Shown here: positions 37,798-49,047 of the stretch, one piece after another
How positions within the stretch are numbered: position 1 is the stretch's first letter
How the letters are laid out: each line of letters begins with the position of its first letter
Assembly (NCBI GenBank): GCA_965226055.1
Contig: CBDDCA010000005.1
Coordinates: 224,001-288,000 of the forward strand
Source: Spirochaetia bacterium
GTDB lineage: Bacteria; Spirochaetota; Spirochaetia; WTKD01; G963693115
Reading direction: 5' to 3'
DNA length: 64,000 bases
The notes under the pieces: model-generated
The model's database searches: none
Told to the model about the DNA's origin: nothing
The model's input: only the letters and a program-made list of their open reading frames with translations
Program-made: the position numbers and the translations under genes

Positions 37798-40518
37798 ATG
37801 TTTGGATTATTCAGTAAAAACAATGCAATTCCTCGAAAAAGTATGCAAGAAATACGCTCAATTTTTCACTATTTAGCAAAAATCAATACATTAGAATCAT
37901 GGGCGCGTTCATTAGCTCCTACACAGTTTCCAGAAGAGACACAAAAACTCATAGAGGCAATACAAAAAAAAGAAGAAACACTTGACTCAGTAATACCTAC
38001 TGCGTTTGCATTAGTACGTGAAGCAGCACGAAGAGTACTTGGAGAACGTATGTTTAATGTACAGATCCTTGGTGCAATTATTTTACATCAAGGACGTATA
38101 TCGGAAATGAAAACAGGAGAAGGCAAAACGCTTACTTGTACAGCTGCAGCATACTTAAATAGCCTGAGCAACAATCCTGTTCATATCGTAACTGTAAACG
38201 ATTATCTTGCTAAAAGAGATGCAGAATGGATGGAACCTATATTCTCTTTTTTAGGACGAACAGTAGGATACATTATCCCTAGTTTAGGACTAGACATTAA
38301 ACGAGAAATGTATAGCCGTGATATTGTCTATGCAACAAATAATGAACTTGGCTTTGATTATTTACGAGATAATTTACGAACTACAAAAGAAAAGCTCCTT
38401 GAACGAGGATACCATTATTGCATTATTGACGAAGTTGACTCTATTCTTATTGACGAGGCACGAACTCCATTGATTATATCAGGACAAGCAAGCGATGATA
38501 CCATTAAATTTAAGCATTCTAATAGCATTATAGGATATCTAAGCGAATGTAAAAAAGATCCGAAAACAAATGAATATCCAGAAGATGAACAATTAAGTGG
38601 AGATTACAAACTACAAGAAAAGAACAAGAGTATTTCTTTTACTACAGAAGGTATACAAAAAATTGAAAAACTTTTGAAACAACATAATTATATCAATGGA
38701 TCTTTACAGGATATTGAAAATTTTGAATACATACATTATGTAACTCAATCCTTAAAAGCACATAAATTATTTCATAAAGATGTTGACTATATTGTAAATG
38801 ATAATAAAGTAGAAATTGTTGATGAATTTACAGGACGTGTCTTAAGTGGGCGAAGATACTCTGATGGGCTTCATCAAGCCATAGAAGCAAAAGAAGGCAT
38901 TCGAGTAGCGTTACAAAATAAAACTCTTGCAGCAATTACATTTCAAAATTTCTTTAAGATGTATACAAAACTCTCAGGAATGACAGGAACTGCCGCTACA
39001 GAAGAAAAAGAATTCTTAAATATATATGGACTTGATGTAGTAGAGCTTCCTACAAACAAACCTGTTATTCGAGATGATAGACAAGATTTGATTTTTGTCA
39101 ATGAAAATGCAAAATTACAAGCAATTGTACATGAAATAGAACAAGTACATCAGACAGGACAACCTCTGTTAATAGGTACTGCATCTATAGAAAATTCCGA
39201 AAAATTAAGCCGCTTACTTGAAAAGAGGAAAATGAAACATAATGTGCTTAATGCGAAAAACCACGAACATGAAGCCTTCATTATTGCTGAAGCAGGAAGT
39301 ATTTCTGCTATAACTATTGCAACCAATATGGCAGGACGAGGAACTGATATAAAACTTGGGGGTAATCTTGATTATAAAATACAGAAAGCTATACAACCAG
39401 ATATGTCAGAACAAGAACAAGAATATACTAAAAGACAAGTGTATGAAGCATGGAAAAAAAGCTATCAACAAGTAACAGATTTAGGTGGATTATATGTACT
39501 AGGAACTGAACGTCATGAATCACGCAGAATAGATAACCAACTACGAGGAAGAAGTGGACGACAAGGCGATCCTGGAGTATCTCAGTTTTATCTTTCCTTA
39601 GATGATCAGTTATTACAATTATTTGGAAAAGGGATACATCATCTAAAAAATCTCATGGTAAAAACTATGGACGAATCTGAACCTCTTTTTCACCCTCTTA
39701 TTACTCGTACTATGCAACGAGCACAAAAAAATGTTGAAGATAGAAATTTTGAAATTAGAAAGCACTTACTTGACTTTGATTCTGTTCTTAATCAACAAAG
39801 AATTATTATATACAAAGAACGCGAGAAAATACTTTATAGTGAACATTTAATAGAACGCTTAAAAAAGAATATTGAGGCACTTTTAGAACCATATAAGAAC
39901 ACAGAAAAACAAGATTTACATACTGCAGTACAAGATATAAAAACAAATTTTTTAGTGCAGCAAGAGTTACATCACTATACTTCGGCACAAGACATTACAT
40001 CTGCCTTGTATAATGATATAGAACATAAAGAGAGTCTTGTTGGAAAACAATATTTTAATGAGCTAATAAAAACACTCTATTTACAGAACATTGATACACA
40101 GTGGCAAAATCATATCGCCAATTTAGATGAACTTCGCCAAGCTGTATATCTACGAAGTTATGCACAAAAAAATCCTCTTTTAGAATATAAACTTGAAGGA
40201 TCGAAAGCGTTTAATGCTATGTTTGAATCTATTTCTCAGACTATTTTACGAACCTTTTTAGGCATGCACATAAATGAGAAAGAAAATAACACTCCATTAA
40301 CAGTAGGACTTTCCCATAATACACAATTACACACACAACATCAAACTATGTCACTCTTTCAAGGACAATCAAACACATCTACTCAAACCTCTACAGCACA
40401 AAGAAAAAAACAATCAACGATAGCACAAGTAGTAAGAACAGAAAAAGTTGGACGAAACGAGCCTTGTCCTTGTGGAAGTGGTAAAAAATACAAACATTGT
40501 CATGGTGCAGCCAACTAA
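37798..40518 (+). CDS. secA: Preprotein translocase ATPase SecA
   Basis: [40 protein letters not shown]-terminal [23 protein letters not shown]. Confidence 0.98.
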   Translation: MFGLFSKNNAIPRKSMQEIRSIFHYLAKINTLESWARSLAPTQFPEETQKLIEAIQKKEETLDSVIPTAFALVREAARRVLGERMFNVQILGAIILHQGRISEMKTGEGKTLTCTAAAYLNSLSNNPVHIVTVNDYLAKRDAEWMEPIFSFLGRTVGYIIPSLGLDIKREMYSRDIVYATNNELGFDYLRDNLRTTKEKLLERGYHYCIIDEVDSILIDEARTPLIISGQASDDTIKFKHSNSIIGYLSECKKDPKTNEYPEDEQLSGDYKLQEKNKSISFTTEGIQKIEKLLKQHNYINGSLQDIENFEYIHYVTQSLKAHKLFHKDVDYIVNDNKVEIVDEFTGRVLSGRRYSDGLHQAIEAKEGIRVALQNKTLAAITFQNFFKMYTKLSGMTGTAATEEKEFLNIYGLDVVELPTNKPVIRDDRQDLIFVNENAKLQAIVHEIEQVHQTGQPLLIGTASIENSEKLSRLLEKRKMKHNVLNAKNHEHEAFIIAEAGSISAITIATNMAGRGTDIKLGGNLDYKIQKAIQPDMSEQEQEYTKRQVYEAWKKSYQQVTDLGGLYVLGTERHESRRIDNQLRGRSGRQGDPGVSQFYLSLDDQLLQLFGKGIHHLKNLMVKTMDESEPLFHPLITRTMQRAQKNVEDRNFEIRKHLLDFDSVLNQQRIIIYKEREKILYSEHLIERLKKNIEALLEPYKNTEKQDLHTAVQDIKTNFLVQQELHHYTSAQDITSALYNDIEHKESLVGKQYFNELIKTLYLQNIDTQWQNHIANLDELRQAVYLRSYAQKNPLLEYKLEGSKAFNAMFESISQTILRTFLGMHINEKENNTPLTVGLSHNTQLHTQHQTMSLFQGQSNTSTQTSTAQRKKQSTIAQVVRTEKVGRNEPCPCGSGKKYKHCHGAAN

Positions 40519-40661
40519 GGACTCAATACACTACCAATATACTAGAGTAACAGCACACTAAAACAGAACAAGATACACTGCCATTTTCCTCATATTTCTT
40601 ATATTTTACTATATATTATATCTCTTTTTTATATATATTTATACGATTTTATAAGAAACAT

Positions 40662-40687
40662 TGCAATTTTTTTTCAATAGTTGCGTA
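40662..40687 (+). promoter_or_regulatory. Candidate ECF-sigma autoregulated promoter
   Basis: TGCAAT-N16 (T-rich)-CGTA upstream of the ECF gene, resembling the SigW/SigX-type TGAAAC-N16-CGTA consensus. Confidence 0.5.
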
Positions 40688-40729
40688 TTATATAGTAGAA
40701 GAAAACGGTACAGTAAAAACTGAAAATAC

Positions 40730-41305
40730 ATGGATAATAAAGACTATACAGACCAACAGCTTGTAAAAAAAGCATTAGAAAATGTAGATTTTTTTTCTAA
40801 CATAATTGAAAGGTATGAGAAAATGATGTTACGTTATATATATAGAATATCTTCCTTTCCAATAGAACAGTGTGAAGAAATACTACAAGACGCTTTCTTA
40901 AAAGTATGGAAATCATTAAACGAATATGATCCTTCGCTATCATTTAGTAGCTGGTTGTACCGTATAGTATATACAAGTACCATTTCATACTGGAGAAAAG
41001 AAAAAAAGCATTTACAAAATGTATTGTATAGCGAAATATCTATTGAAGATTATTCAAATATGAAAAATCTTGATGATGAAATTTTTAGAAAATTTGAAAA
41101 CGAACAGATTAAGCAAGCATTACAACAGCTTCCTATTGAATGGAGAGAAATATTAGTACTCCGTTACTGGGAAACAAAAAGCTATGAAGAAATATCTGAT
41201 ATTGTAAAAAAACCAAAAAGCACCGTAGCCACGCATATAAAAAGAGCAAAAGAAAAGCTAAAAAAAGCGTTACTCAAATTAAGGAGTGAACAACATGGAA
41301 CATAA
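40730..41305 (+). CDS. ECF RNA polymerase sigma factor
   Basis: EEILQDAFLKVW, FSSWLYRI (region 2), LPIEWREILVLRY...SYEEIS...STV (region 4). Confidence 0.92.
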   Translation: MDNKDYTDQQLVKKALENVDFFSNIIERYEKMMLRYIYRISSFPIEQCEEILQDAFLKVWKSLNEYDPSLSFSSWLYRIVYTSTISYWRKEKKHLQNVLYSEISIEDYSNMKNLDDEIFRKFENEQIKQALQQLPIEWREILVLRYWETKSYEEISDIVKKPKSTVATHIKRAKEKLKKALLKLRSEQHGT

Positions 41306-42278
41306 GAATAATAATACAAAAGAAAACAAAGCAACTACTTTACATGATACTACTGGAAATATCAAAAAAAAAGTAATAGAGCATATCAAAAAAGAGAACA
41401 TTAAACCACAACCAAAAGCATATTTTAAGATAAAGAATATTCTATTTTGGGTATTATTATCAGTTTCCATTATTATAGGAATACTAGCAACAGGCATGCT
41501 ATTTTATTTCAAAAAAACACTTGGGGATTATTTTTTTACCGACCTTAGGTTTCAAAATAAACTACGATTCCTTTCTATAAGTGTACCTATTTTCTGGATT
41601 ATATCTCTCATTCTATCCTTCTATGGAATCGTGAAAGGATATCGTAATACAAAAAATGGATATAAAATACCAAACTTTATCTTAATTATTCTCATAAGCT
41701 CTTTACTGTTAATCATAGGAACACACAATATTATTACTACACTACTAGAAAAAATTGATAGAGGATTTCATTTTTTACCAAGATACATGAAAATAAGAGC
41801 TCGTAACGAACAAAATTGGATGTCACCGCATAGAGGCCTTATTGCAGGAAGAATTATTAGTATTAACAAAGAAACAAATACTATTACAATTACTCTTCTA
41901 AACAAAGAACAATGGGACATACATATATCGGATATACAACATTTCTCAGACAAATTTCATCACTGTAGAAAACAGCCCGAAAAAAAACATCAGTTTTTTA
42001 CGCAGAAACAACAAAGAACACAGCAACACTGTAATACTACAAAAAAAGATACATACCATAGCGCTACTATTCTTGATATTCTTGCTACGATACTGATTGA
42101 TAAAGAGACAGTATTTATTCGTGCAGAAGGACAGGTGATAGGTGATTTACAGTTTAAGGCCGAAAAGCTATTTCCTGCATTTTATAATCAGCCTTATGAT
42201 CATCCTGACGATATTGGATTTTCTTGCCGTACAAAACCACATCCTCGAAACAAGGAACCTCCACTTTATTGTAACTAA
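41295..42278 (+). CDS. Multi-TM membrane protein, putative anti-sigma factor
   Basis: Overlaps the sigma stop. ATG 41295 follows AAGGAG. Three TM segments plus a C-terminal soluble domain. Confidence 0.65.
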   Translation: MEHKNNNTKENKATTLHDTTGNIKKKVIEHIKKENIKPQPKAYFKIKNILFWVLLSVSIIIGILATGMLFYFKKTLGDYFFTDLRFQNKLRFLSISVPIFWIISLILSFYGIVKGYRNTKNGYKIPNFILIILISSLLLIIGTHNIITTLLEKIDRGFHFLPRYMKIRARNEQNWMSPHRGLIAGRIISINKETNTITITLLNKEQWDIHISDIQHFSDKFHHCRKQPEKKHQFFTQKQQRTQQHCNTTKKDTYHSATILDILATILIDKETVFIRAEGQVIGDLQFKAEKLFPAFYNQPYDHPDDIGFSCRTKPHPRNKEPPLYCN

Positions 42279-42339
42279 CAAACAACATGATTTCATAGTA
42301 TAAAATAGAAAAAAATATAATAATAAAGGAGAAAAATAT

Positions 42340-43194
42340 ATGAACACTATAACAAAAACTATTTATTGTAATGTAATATTACTTACATTATTATTACTAG
42401 CAATACCTGCATTTGCTCAAGGCAATACAGAAGATACAGATCAAGAAAATAGTAAAAACTATCATAATACCACGAGAAATTCTTGTGGATACGGTGGTGA
42501 TAACGATAATTTCAGTTATGATAAGGATCCTGTAAGAAACAAATCGAAACAATCACGTTCCTATCAAAATCATAATAGAAATTCTTATGGAAAATATACA
42601 CATAGCGGTAATATCAATAGATTATTTTGGAACAAAAAAACAGAAAAAGCTCTTACTGCAAATGATCTACAAGAACAAGATACAAAAGTACTTGAAACTG
42701 TAGGAGCAGATATACAGCAGCTTGTTGCTCTCACTACTATTATGTCAGAAATTCAATCTGAAAACGAACATATGAGACAAGTATCAGGAATGAGAAACAC
42801 AAGAGATTTTCATAATAAAGTATTGCAAAACTTTAATATTGATGTACCTCAAGCTGTGTCTCCCAAAGATATACAAAACACCCTAGACACAACAAATACA
42901 ACCGCTCTCCATACATCACTTGTATCAACAGCATATTCAATAAGTAATACAATACAAGAATACTCTGATACAGATACAGTTACGACAGCACTGTTACCAT
43001 ACCTTTCTTTACTGCAACAAAAAGCACTACACTATATAAAACAAGAAATATATGCACTAGCGTTACAGAATGAGCAAGTATCACCAGAAATTACTCGCTT
43101 TGTTCAACAAGACACATTACTTGCATATGACAACACCATGCGCAGAAACAAATATTCTTCCAGATACAAAAAAAGATCTACAAATGCGTATTAA
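42340..43194 (+). CDS. Secreted hypothetical protein
   Basis: AAGGAG RBS, signal peptide ending AFA-QG, polar N-terminal region then a helical domain. Confidence 0.7.
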   Translation: MNTITKTIYCNVILLTLLLLAIPAFAQGNTEDTDQENSKNYHNTTRNSCGYGGDNDNFSYDKDPVRNKSKQSRSYQNHNRNSYGKYTHSGNINRLFWNKKTEKALTANDLQEQDTKVLETVGADIQQLVALTTIMSEIQSENEHMRQVSGMRNTRDFHNKVLQNFNIDVPQAVSPKDIQNTLDTTNTTALHTSLVSTAYSISNTIQEYSDTDTVTTALLPYLSLLQQKALHYIKQEIYALALQNEQVSPEITRFVQQDTLLAYDNTMRRNKYSSRYKKRSTNAY

Positions 43195-43248
43195 TGGTAT
43201 ACATACATAAACAATATGTAGTATAATATATATAATCATACACAACAC

Positions 43249-43278
43249 TATAAGAGAGGATATGCTTCCTCTCTTATA
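43249..43278. terminator. Hairpin between convergent genes
   Basis: TATAAGAGAGGA-tatgct-TCCTCTCTTATA. Confidence 0.7.
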
Positions 43279-43312
43279 TACTTACCTATAGCCTTAAAAA
43301 GCACAAAGGTAC

Positions 43313-44119
43313 TTAAAAAAAAGGACGTAGAGGCAGCGATTCTAAAGGCAATAAATCACTTGATAATAACCGTGATTCAGAATTAAAAATAGCAACCATA
43401 TGTTCAAAACAGGCACTTTTATACTTATCAGCTCCAATAATAGCACCATTGTTAGCAGTAGTATATTGTTGTTCTTTTAAGCTAACAATAGGCTCAATAC
43501 AAATAACCATGCCAGGCTTAAGAGACATATTCATATTTTGTTGTTTCTTATAATATACAGTAGGATACTCATGTATGTCTCTTCCTATACCATGCCCAGC
43601 AAAGCCATTATATACATGCACCCCAAGACGATGTGCTTCTTCTGATATTTCATGAGCTATATCATTTAAGGTATTGCCTGGTATTGCTGCTTGTACTCCA
43701 ACACGACTCACTTTCCAAGCTGCATCTCGTAACAGCTGATCATCAGGATCAGGCTTTCCTATAATGTAGGTCCATGAAAGATCAGCGTGCCATCCAAAAC
43801 TATTTGCCACTAAATCAACAGTAATGATATCGCTATTTTGTAATTTATATTCTGATGGCACTCCATGTGCTAAAATTTCATTTCTTGATATTGATATATC
43901 AGAAGAAAAACCTTTATACCCTTTCATAGATGATGTAATATTATATTTCCGATAATACCCTTTTGATTCAAACTCAATCTGATTTTCATTTATATCAACT
44001 CTCAGCTTTTTATGAATTTCATATAAAAAATTAAATAAAATTTTAGCTACTTGTGCTTGCTGAAGAATCTCATAAGGTTTTTTTAGGTAAAGTCTTTTTT
44101 GTTTTAACTGTTGATTCAT
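43313..44119 (-). CDS. map: Type I methionine aminopeptidase
   Basis: HGVP, DIITVD...WHAD, GHGIGRDIHEYP, GMVICIEP, FEHMV. Confidence 0.9.
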   Translation of the reverse strand: MNQQLKQKRLYLKKPYEILQQAQVAKILFNFLYEIHKKLRVDINENQIEFESKGYYRKYNITSSMKGYKGFSSDISISRNEILAHGVPSEYKLQNSDIITVDLVANSFGWHADLSWTYIIGKPDPDDQLLRDAAWKVSRVGVQAAIPGNTLNDIAHEISEEAHRLGVHVYNGFAGHGIGRDIHEYPTVYYKKQQNMNMSLKPGMVICIEPIVSLKEQQYTTANNGAIIGADKYKSACFEHMVAIFNSESRLLSSDLLPLESLPLRPFF

Positions 44120-44479
44120 TTATTGAATATCAGGACGAAGTATCTCTGCTCCAAACATATACACAGGGCTAACTTTTTTCCAAGGAAATATATGAGAAAA
44201 AAAAATAATCATACGAACAGTAAGAGGTATAGAATGAGGATAATCAGGTTCTTTTGTACAAAACAAAGCAATATGGTCAGCTGAGTGCAACAAACGAATA
44301 CATGTAGCAGGATTAAAAAAATTTATATCATTTGTTTGAGAGAAAATAATAGCACGAAAATGAGAAAAAGAAATTTTATTTTTCTGACAAAATGTCTCCA
44401 AGACTATCTTTAATCTATTCTTATTTGTTCCTTCATCTTCATTTGTAATTTGCAACGCTGCCCTAGCTATATAAAGCAT
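44120..44479 (-). CDS. aroH: AroH-type chorismate mutase
   Basis: ARAA, IIFSQTND...NPA, LFCTKEP, VR, VYM.GAEILRPD match the Bacillus AroH pattern. Confidence 0.75.
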   Translation of the reverse strand: MLYIARAALQITNEDEGTNKNRLKIVLETFCQKNKISFSHFRAIIFSQTNDINFFNPATCIRLLHSADHIALFCTKEPDYPHSIPLTVRMIIFFSHIFPWKKVSPVYMFGAEILRPDIQ

Positions 44480-44852
44480 TAAATACCTCCTGACTCAACA
44501 TAACTCCACGAAGCACTTCCTTGCTCAACACAACCTGTATGAGAAAAATAAAAAACAACACCAATGAAATAACAGCTCCTATCCCCCATACAATAATAGA
44601 AATCATATACTTGATATTCTTTCGTAGTAATATAGAACATACTATGTTTGAGAGAGAGAAAACGAATGATATAGAAAAACAAAACATAATAATCAGTAAA
44701 AAAAAGATTGAAAACTGAAAGTCAGAGAACTGATTCACCTCAAAATACAATAGAGACAGAAGCCCTGCAATTCCAAAAAACATAAAAAAGAAGTATTTAG
44801 ACCATGTTTTTGTTTTTAAAATTAATACCTGTTGTTTTATACTTAATGCCAA
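44463..44852 (-). CDS. Small membrane protein
   Basis: TTG start after GGAAGG, three hydrophobic segments, overlaps the aroH start. Confidence 0.6.
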   Translation of the reverse strand: MALSIKQQVLILKTKTWSKYFFFMFFGIAGLLSLLYFEVNQFSDFQFSIFFLLIIMFCFSISFVFSLSNIVCSILLRKNIKYMISIIVWGIGAVISLVLFFIFLIQVVLSKEVLRGVMLSQEVFNALYS

Positions 44853-44882
44853 AAAAACCTTCCTATACTATTATTATATTAT

Positions 44883-45764
44883 ATGTTAGTGTATGATACA
44901 AAGTATTATAAAAGAATAATTAATCATATGATACAACAACAACCTGCTGTATCTGTAACAAAAGCCTCTTTACCTGCAACGCCTCCTTCCACTCCTTTTA
45001 CGCAATCTCACGATACTATACAAATGGTGGTATTTGATGTATATGGGACTATCTTACATACCCGTATGGGAGAAATTAGTATCCTAGAAAAAAGCAATAC
45101 TACTGTACTGGACATACCAGAACTAGCATTACAACTTGACATACAAAAAACACAACAAGATTTACAGCATTTAATTTTAGAACAACATACTCTCTCAAAA
45201 ACAAACAATCATATAGATTACCCCGAAGTAGATATTGTACATATATGGCAAACATACTCTCAACAAGAACCACTGTTTCCTAAAACACTAAGCAAAGAAG
45301 AGGCCATGATATGTGCTTTACGATACGAGCTTTCGGTAAATCCAGTATGGGCAATGCCACATGCTTTCCATACCTTACTACGCCTACAAAAAGCAGGATA
45401 TGCACTTGGAATTATTTCTAATGCTCAATTCTATACTCCTTTAATTCTTGAAACAATATATCCACAATGGCTCGAGCTACAATTTGAAACATGCACATGG
45501 TCATATCAACATCGTATTGCTAAACCGTCATCTACACTCTACCAACGTTTCTTACAACAGTCCACATATGACGCAAAATCTATCCTTTATATAGGCAACG
45601 ATAAACGCAAAGATATTATTCCTGCAAAAACAGCTGGCATGTGTCCTCTACTATACGCAGGAGACAGTAGTTCATATCGACCATACTCCCCCGACTTAGA
45701 CACTATTGAACACACTTGTATCGTTTCTCTCGATGAAATACTTGCATTACTCCATATACCATAA
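44883..45764 (+). CDS. HAD-family hydrolase
   Basis: FDVYGT, ISNAQ, KP, IGND..KD motifs. The start may be ATG 44928. Confidence 0.85.
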   Translation: MLVYDTKYYKRIINHMIQQQPAVSVTKASLPATPPSTPFTQSHDTIQMVVFDVYGTILHTRMGEISILEKSNTTVLDIPELALQLDIQKTQQDLQHLILEQHTLSKTNNHIDYPEVDIVHIWQTYSQQEPLFPKTLSKEEAMICALRYELSVNPVWAMPHAFHTLLRLQKAGYALGIISNAQFYTPLILETIYPQWLELQFETCTWSYQHRIAKPSSTLYQRFLQQSTYDAKSILYIGNDKRKDIIPAKTAGMCPLLYAGDSSSYRPYSPDLDTIEHTCIVSLDEILALLHIP

Positions 45765-45792
45765 ACAGCAACGGTGCATACAAAATAAGATA

Positions 45793-47214
45793 TTATCGTA
45801 GATCCTTATTTTCTTTTTCACTGATTGTAAAAAAAATAGGGATAGCAGTAAAATTATACTGCTTTCGTATACAACGTATAAGATAACTACAATACGATTC
45901 AGTAAAAAGAAAACGTGCATTTACATGCAATTCAAAACACATAGGATTAGTACTACTCTGAGCAACAAAACGTAACTTTGCTCTCCTACGCTTAATAATG
46001 GGAGCAGGATGATGTTTCATAGCTTGTTGTAATACCCTATTAATATGTGAAGTTGCTATCTTAGTAGAAAGCTGACTTTGAATGATCTGAATATTTCTAA
46101 AAAGCTGATCTACTCCTACTCCAGTTTTAGCACTAAGCTGACATAACGGAGCAAAATACAACTGAGGCACTAAATATGCTATTCTCTCTTTCATCTCCAG
46201 TTTCATAGCTTCCTTATTTTCTACTAAATCCCATTTATTTAAGCACAGAACAACACTCTTTCTACGCGAAAGTGCTAAGCTCGCTATTTTCTTATCTTGT
46301 TCACTCATTCCCTCTTGCACATCAATAAACAACAAAACGATGTCAGCAGAGTTAATATATTCAATAGCTCTCTGATTTGCAAAATACTCAAGCTCATCCC
46401 TTACATTTGCTTTACGTCTTAGCCCTGCAGTATCAACAATTCCATATCTTGTGCCGTTCCATTCTATATAATCAAGAGTACTATCTCTAGTCGTGCCTGG
46501 CACGGAAGAAACAAGATTTTGCGGCTTTTTCAATACATAGTTAAAAAAGCTAGATTTTCCACTATTGGGTTTTCCTACAATCAATAAACGACATACCCGT
46601 TCATCTTGTAAAGTATGTACAGAAGCACCACGAGAATCTTCAAACTCATCTGCAACAATACTTGAAGTATCCAAAGACATTATCGTATTTTGAGGTACAT
46701 GTTCCATATCTGTAGATCTTGCTTGTTCTATTTTTTCAGACATTGTGTCTATTGTATGCCATAAGGTATCTATATGCATCTTATGTATTGCCGATATACT
46801 TATACTATTCTTAATACCAAGAGAATGATATTCATGAGCTGCCCACTGTCGTTCTTCATTATCTACTTTATTTATCACCAATAATACCTTAGACATAAAC
46901 GGGCGTAGAATTGATGCTATTTCATAATCTTCAGACACTAAACTTTCTACCGAAACAACAAATAAAATAATATCAGATCTTTGTATTTCCTCAATACCTC
47001 GTTGAGTAAGCTGTTCAGCATACGGACCTTCACCTAAAACACCAGCTAAGTCTTTTAAGCACATCGTGTAAGCATTTCTTACACATTGATACGTAAGGGC
47101 ATCACGGGTAACACCAGCAGTTTTATGAGTAATAGCAATACGCTTAGAGGAAAGCACATTAAATAACGTGGATTTTCCGACATTAGGTCGTCCTATAATT
47201 GAAATTGAAATCAT
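45793..47214 (-). CDS. der: Ribosome biogenesis GTPase Der (EngA)
   Basis: Two GTPase domains: GRPNVGKS/GVTRD/NKVD and GKPNSGKS/GTTRD/DTAG/NKWD. Confidence 0.95.
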   Translation of the reverse strand: MISISIIGRPNVGKSTLFNVLSSKRIAITHKTAGVTRDALTYQCVRNAYTMCLKDLAGVLGEGPYAEQLTQRGIEEIQRSDIILFVVSVESLVSEDYEIASILRPFMSKVLLVINKVDNEERQWAAHEYHSLGIKNSISISAIHKMHIDTLWHTIDTMSEKIEQARSTDMEHVPQNTIMSLDTSSIVADEFEDSRGASVHTLQDERVCRLLIVGKPNSGKSSFFNYVLKKPQNLVSSVPGTTRDSTLDYIEWNGTRYGIVDTAGLRRKANVRDELEYFANQRAIEYINSADIVLLFIDVQEGMSEQDKKIASLALSRRKSVVLCLNKWDLVENKEAMKLEMKERIAYLVPQLYFAPLCQLSAKTGVGVDQLFRNIQIIQSQLSTKIATSHINRVLQQAMKHHPAPIIKRRRAKLRFVAQSSTNPMCFELHVNARFLFTESYCSYLIRCIRKQYNFTAIPIFFTISEKENKDLR

Positions 47215-47236
47215 ATGTTATATCTTAATAAAAACA

Positions 47237-48970
47237 TTAGTTATATTGCATAAGATACTCTTGCACTGTATCTTTTATGTTCTGTATACTCTTATAATGA
47301 ACAATCTCTTCAAACAAAGCTCGAGTATCATCAACTCTCATCTTTGTAACATATGTTATCACACGAGGAAGCTGAAAAATAGACACACTAAAATTTCGCA
47401 AACCTGCTCCTAACAATAATGGTATCATCATTCTATCACTTGCAATCTCACCACAAATAGATATATCAATATTCTTTTCATATGAAATATAGAAAATATC
47501 GCGAAGCACTCGAAGAAATGAGGGTTGCATACTCTGATACAAATATTCTAATTTTGCATTAGTACGATCGCTTGCAAGAAGAAATTGAAGTAAATCATTT
47601 GAACCAACAGACCAAAAATTACAGCTTTGAGCCAACTCTTCTAGTATATACAGTACAGAAGGAACCTCAATCATAGGCCCTATATGAATATTTTTATCAT
47701 ACAATACCCCATTACTATCTAACGTAGACTTTGCTTGTTCTAATAGCTCAAGAAAATCATTCCATTCTTCTAAAGTAGAAACCATAGGAACTAAAATACG
47801 AATAGTACCATAATAAGATGCTCTCAAAATAGCCCTCAGCTGAGATAACATAAGCTCTTTATGAAAAAGAGTAAACCTTACTCCACGAAATCCCATCAAT
47901 GGATTCTCTTCAATATGACTATGAATATATTCCTGCATCTTATCTCCGCCTACATCAAAAGTACGTATAGTGACAGGTTTTTTAGACATAGCCTGTAGTA
48001 CTTTCATATATATTTGAAACTGATATTCTTCATTATAATAGCTTTTAGATATAGGAAACAAAAATTCGGTACGTAAAAGCCCTACTCCATCGGATAAAGA
48101 AACAAAATTTTCTTTCAATTCTTCTAATAACTCAAAATTAATAAAAAAAGACACAGGAACATTATCAATAGTTGTATGCTTACTTATTTTAGCTTCATGT
48201 AATATTTTCAAAGCCTCCTGCTTATCATGTTGAAAATGTTGCTGATACTGTTGCTGCAAAGCCTCGTCAGCATTAAGAATAAGATATCCTTTGTTAGCAT
48301 CAACAATAAGCTCTCTCCCTGTTTTGATGATATGATGTGCCCCATGAACTCCTACTAACATAGGAATATTGTACGATTTTGCAATTAAACAAATATGCGA
48401 ATTAACTCCCCCTTGTTCCGTTACAATACCAAGAATTTTCTCTCTTGGTAATCGAAAAAAATCATAGGTGAGGAGTAATTTAGATACAATAATACAAGGT
48501 TCTTTTAAGTCAAAATCATCTTTTTTATTGTCAGACACAAGATGTGAAATAATCAAAGTAATTACTTCGTTTAAGTCATGCTCTCTTTCTCTCAAATATT
48601 CTTGTTCAGAATACTCTAACAAAGTAATATAGTCTTGCATACCATCATAAATAGCCCATTCTGCATTTTGCAATTTAGTCTCTATAATAGAAACTATTTT
48701 AGAGTGAAACTCACTATCTTCAATCATCAGTAAATACGCTTCGATAATATCATACGTGTTTTTACTCATATTATTTTGCTTTAACAGAGCAATCTCTTTT
48801 TTTGTATCCTCTATTGCTTTTAAGAATCGCTGAATCTCCTCTTTACTCTCTTCTTTCGTTATTGAATATCGTGGAAAGTCTTTATACGATGATTCAAGAA
48901 CATATGCTTTCCCTAAAGAAATACCTGAGGACGCAACTATAGCTTGACATTTTTTAATTGATGTATCCAT
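47237..48970 (-). CDS. ptsI: PTS enzyme I
   Basis: GGVNSH phospho-His, GVGLLRTEF, EENPLMGFRGVR, MIEVPS, GSNDL, CGE. Confidence 0.93.
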   Translation of the reverse strand: MDTSIKKCQAIVASSGISLGKAYVLESSYKDFPRYSITKEESKEEIQRFLKAIEDTKKEIALLKQNNMSKNTYDIIEAYLLMIEDSEFHSKIVSIIETKLQNAEWAIYDGMQDYITLLEYSEQEYLREREHDLNEVITLIISHLVSDNKKDDFDLKEPCIIVSKLLLTYDFFRLPREKILGIVTEQGGVNSHICLIAKSYNIPMLVGVHGAHHIIKTGRELIVDANKGYLILNADEALQQQYQQHFQHDKQEALKILHEAKISKHTTIDNVPVSFFINFELLEELKENFVSLSDGVGLLRTEFLFPISKSYYNEEYQFQIYMKVLQAMSKKPVTIRTFDVGGDKMQEYIHSHIEENPLMGFRGVRFTLFHKELMLSQLRAILRASYYGTIRILVPMVSTLEEWNDFLELLEQAKSTLDSNGVLYDKNIHIGPMIEVPSVLYILEELAQSCNFWSVGSNDLLQFLLASDRTNAKLEYLYQSMQPSFLRVLRDIFYISYEKNIDISICGEIASDRMMIPLLLGAGLRNFSVSIFQLPRVITYVTKMRVDDTRALFEEIVHYKSIQNIKDTVQEYLMQYN

Positions 48971-49047
48971 GATATTTATATATTTTTCCTCTTACTATAG
49001 TATAGTATACTATAGTATAATATACTATATAGTCTATATATACATAT

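Noticed and set aside
48993-49017. Two TACTATAGTA palindromes between ptsI and the GerMN gene
   Set aside because: Low-complexity TA-rich sequence of this kind is common in intergenic regions here, so it cannot be distinguished from chance
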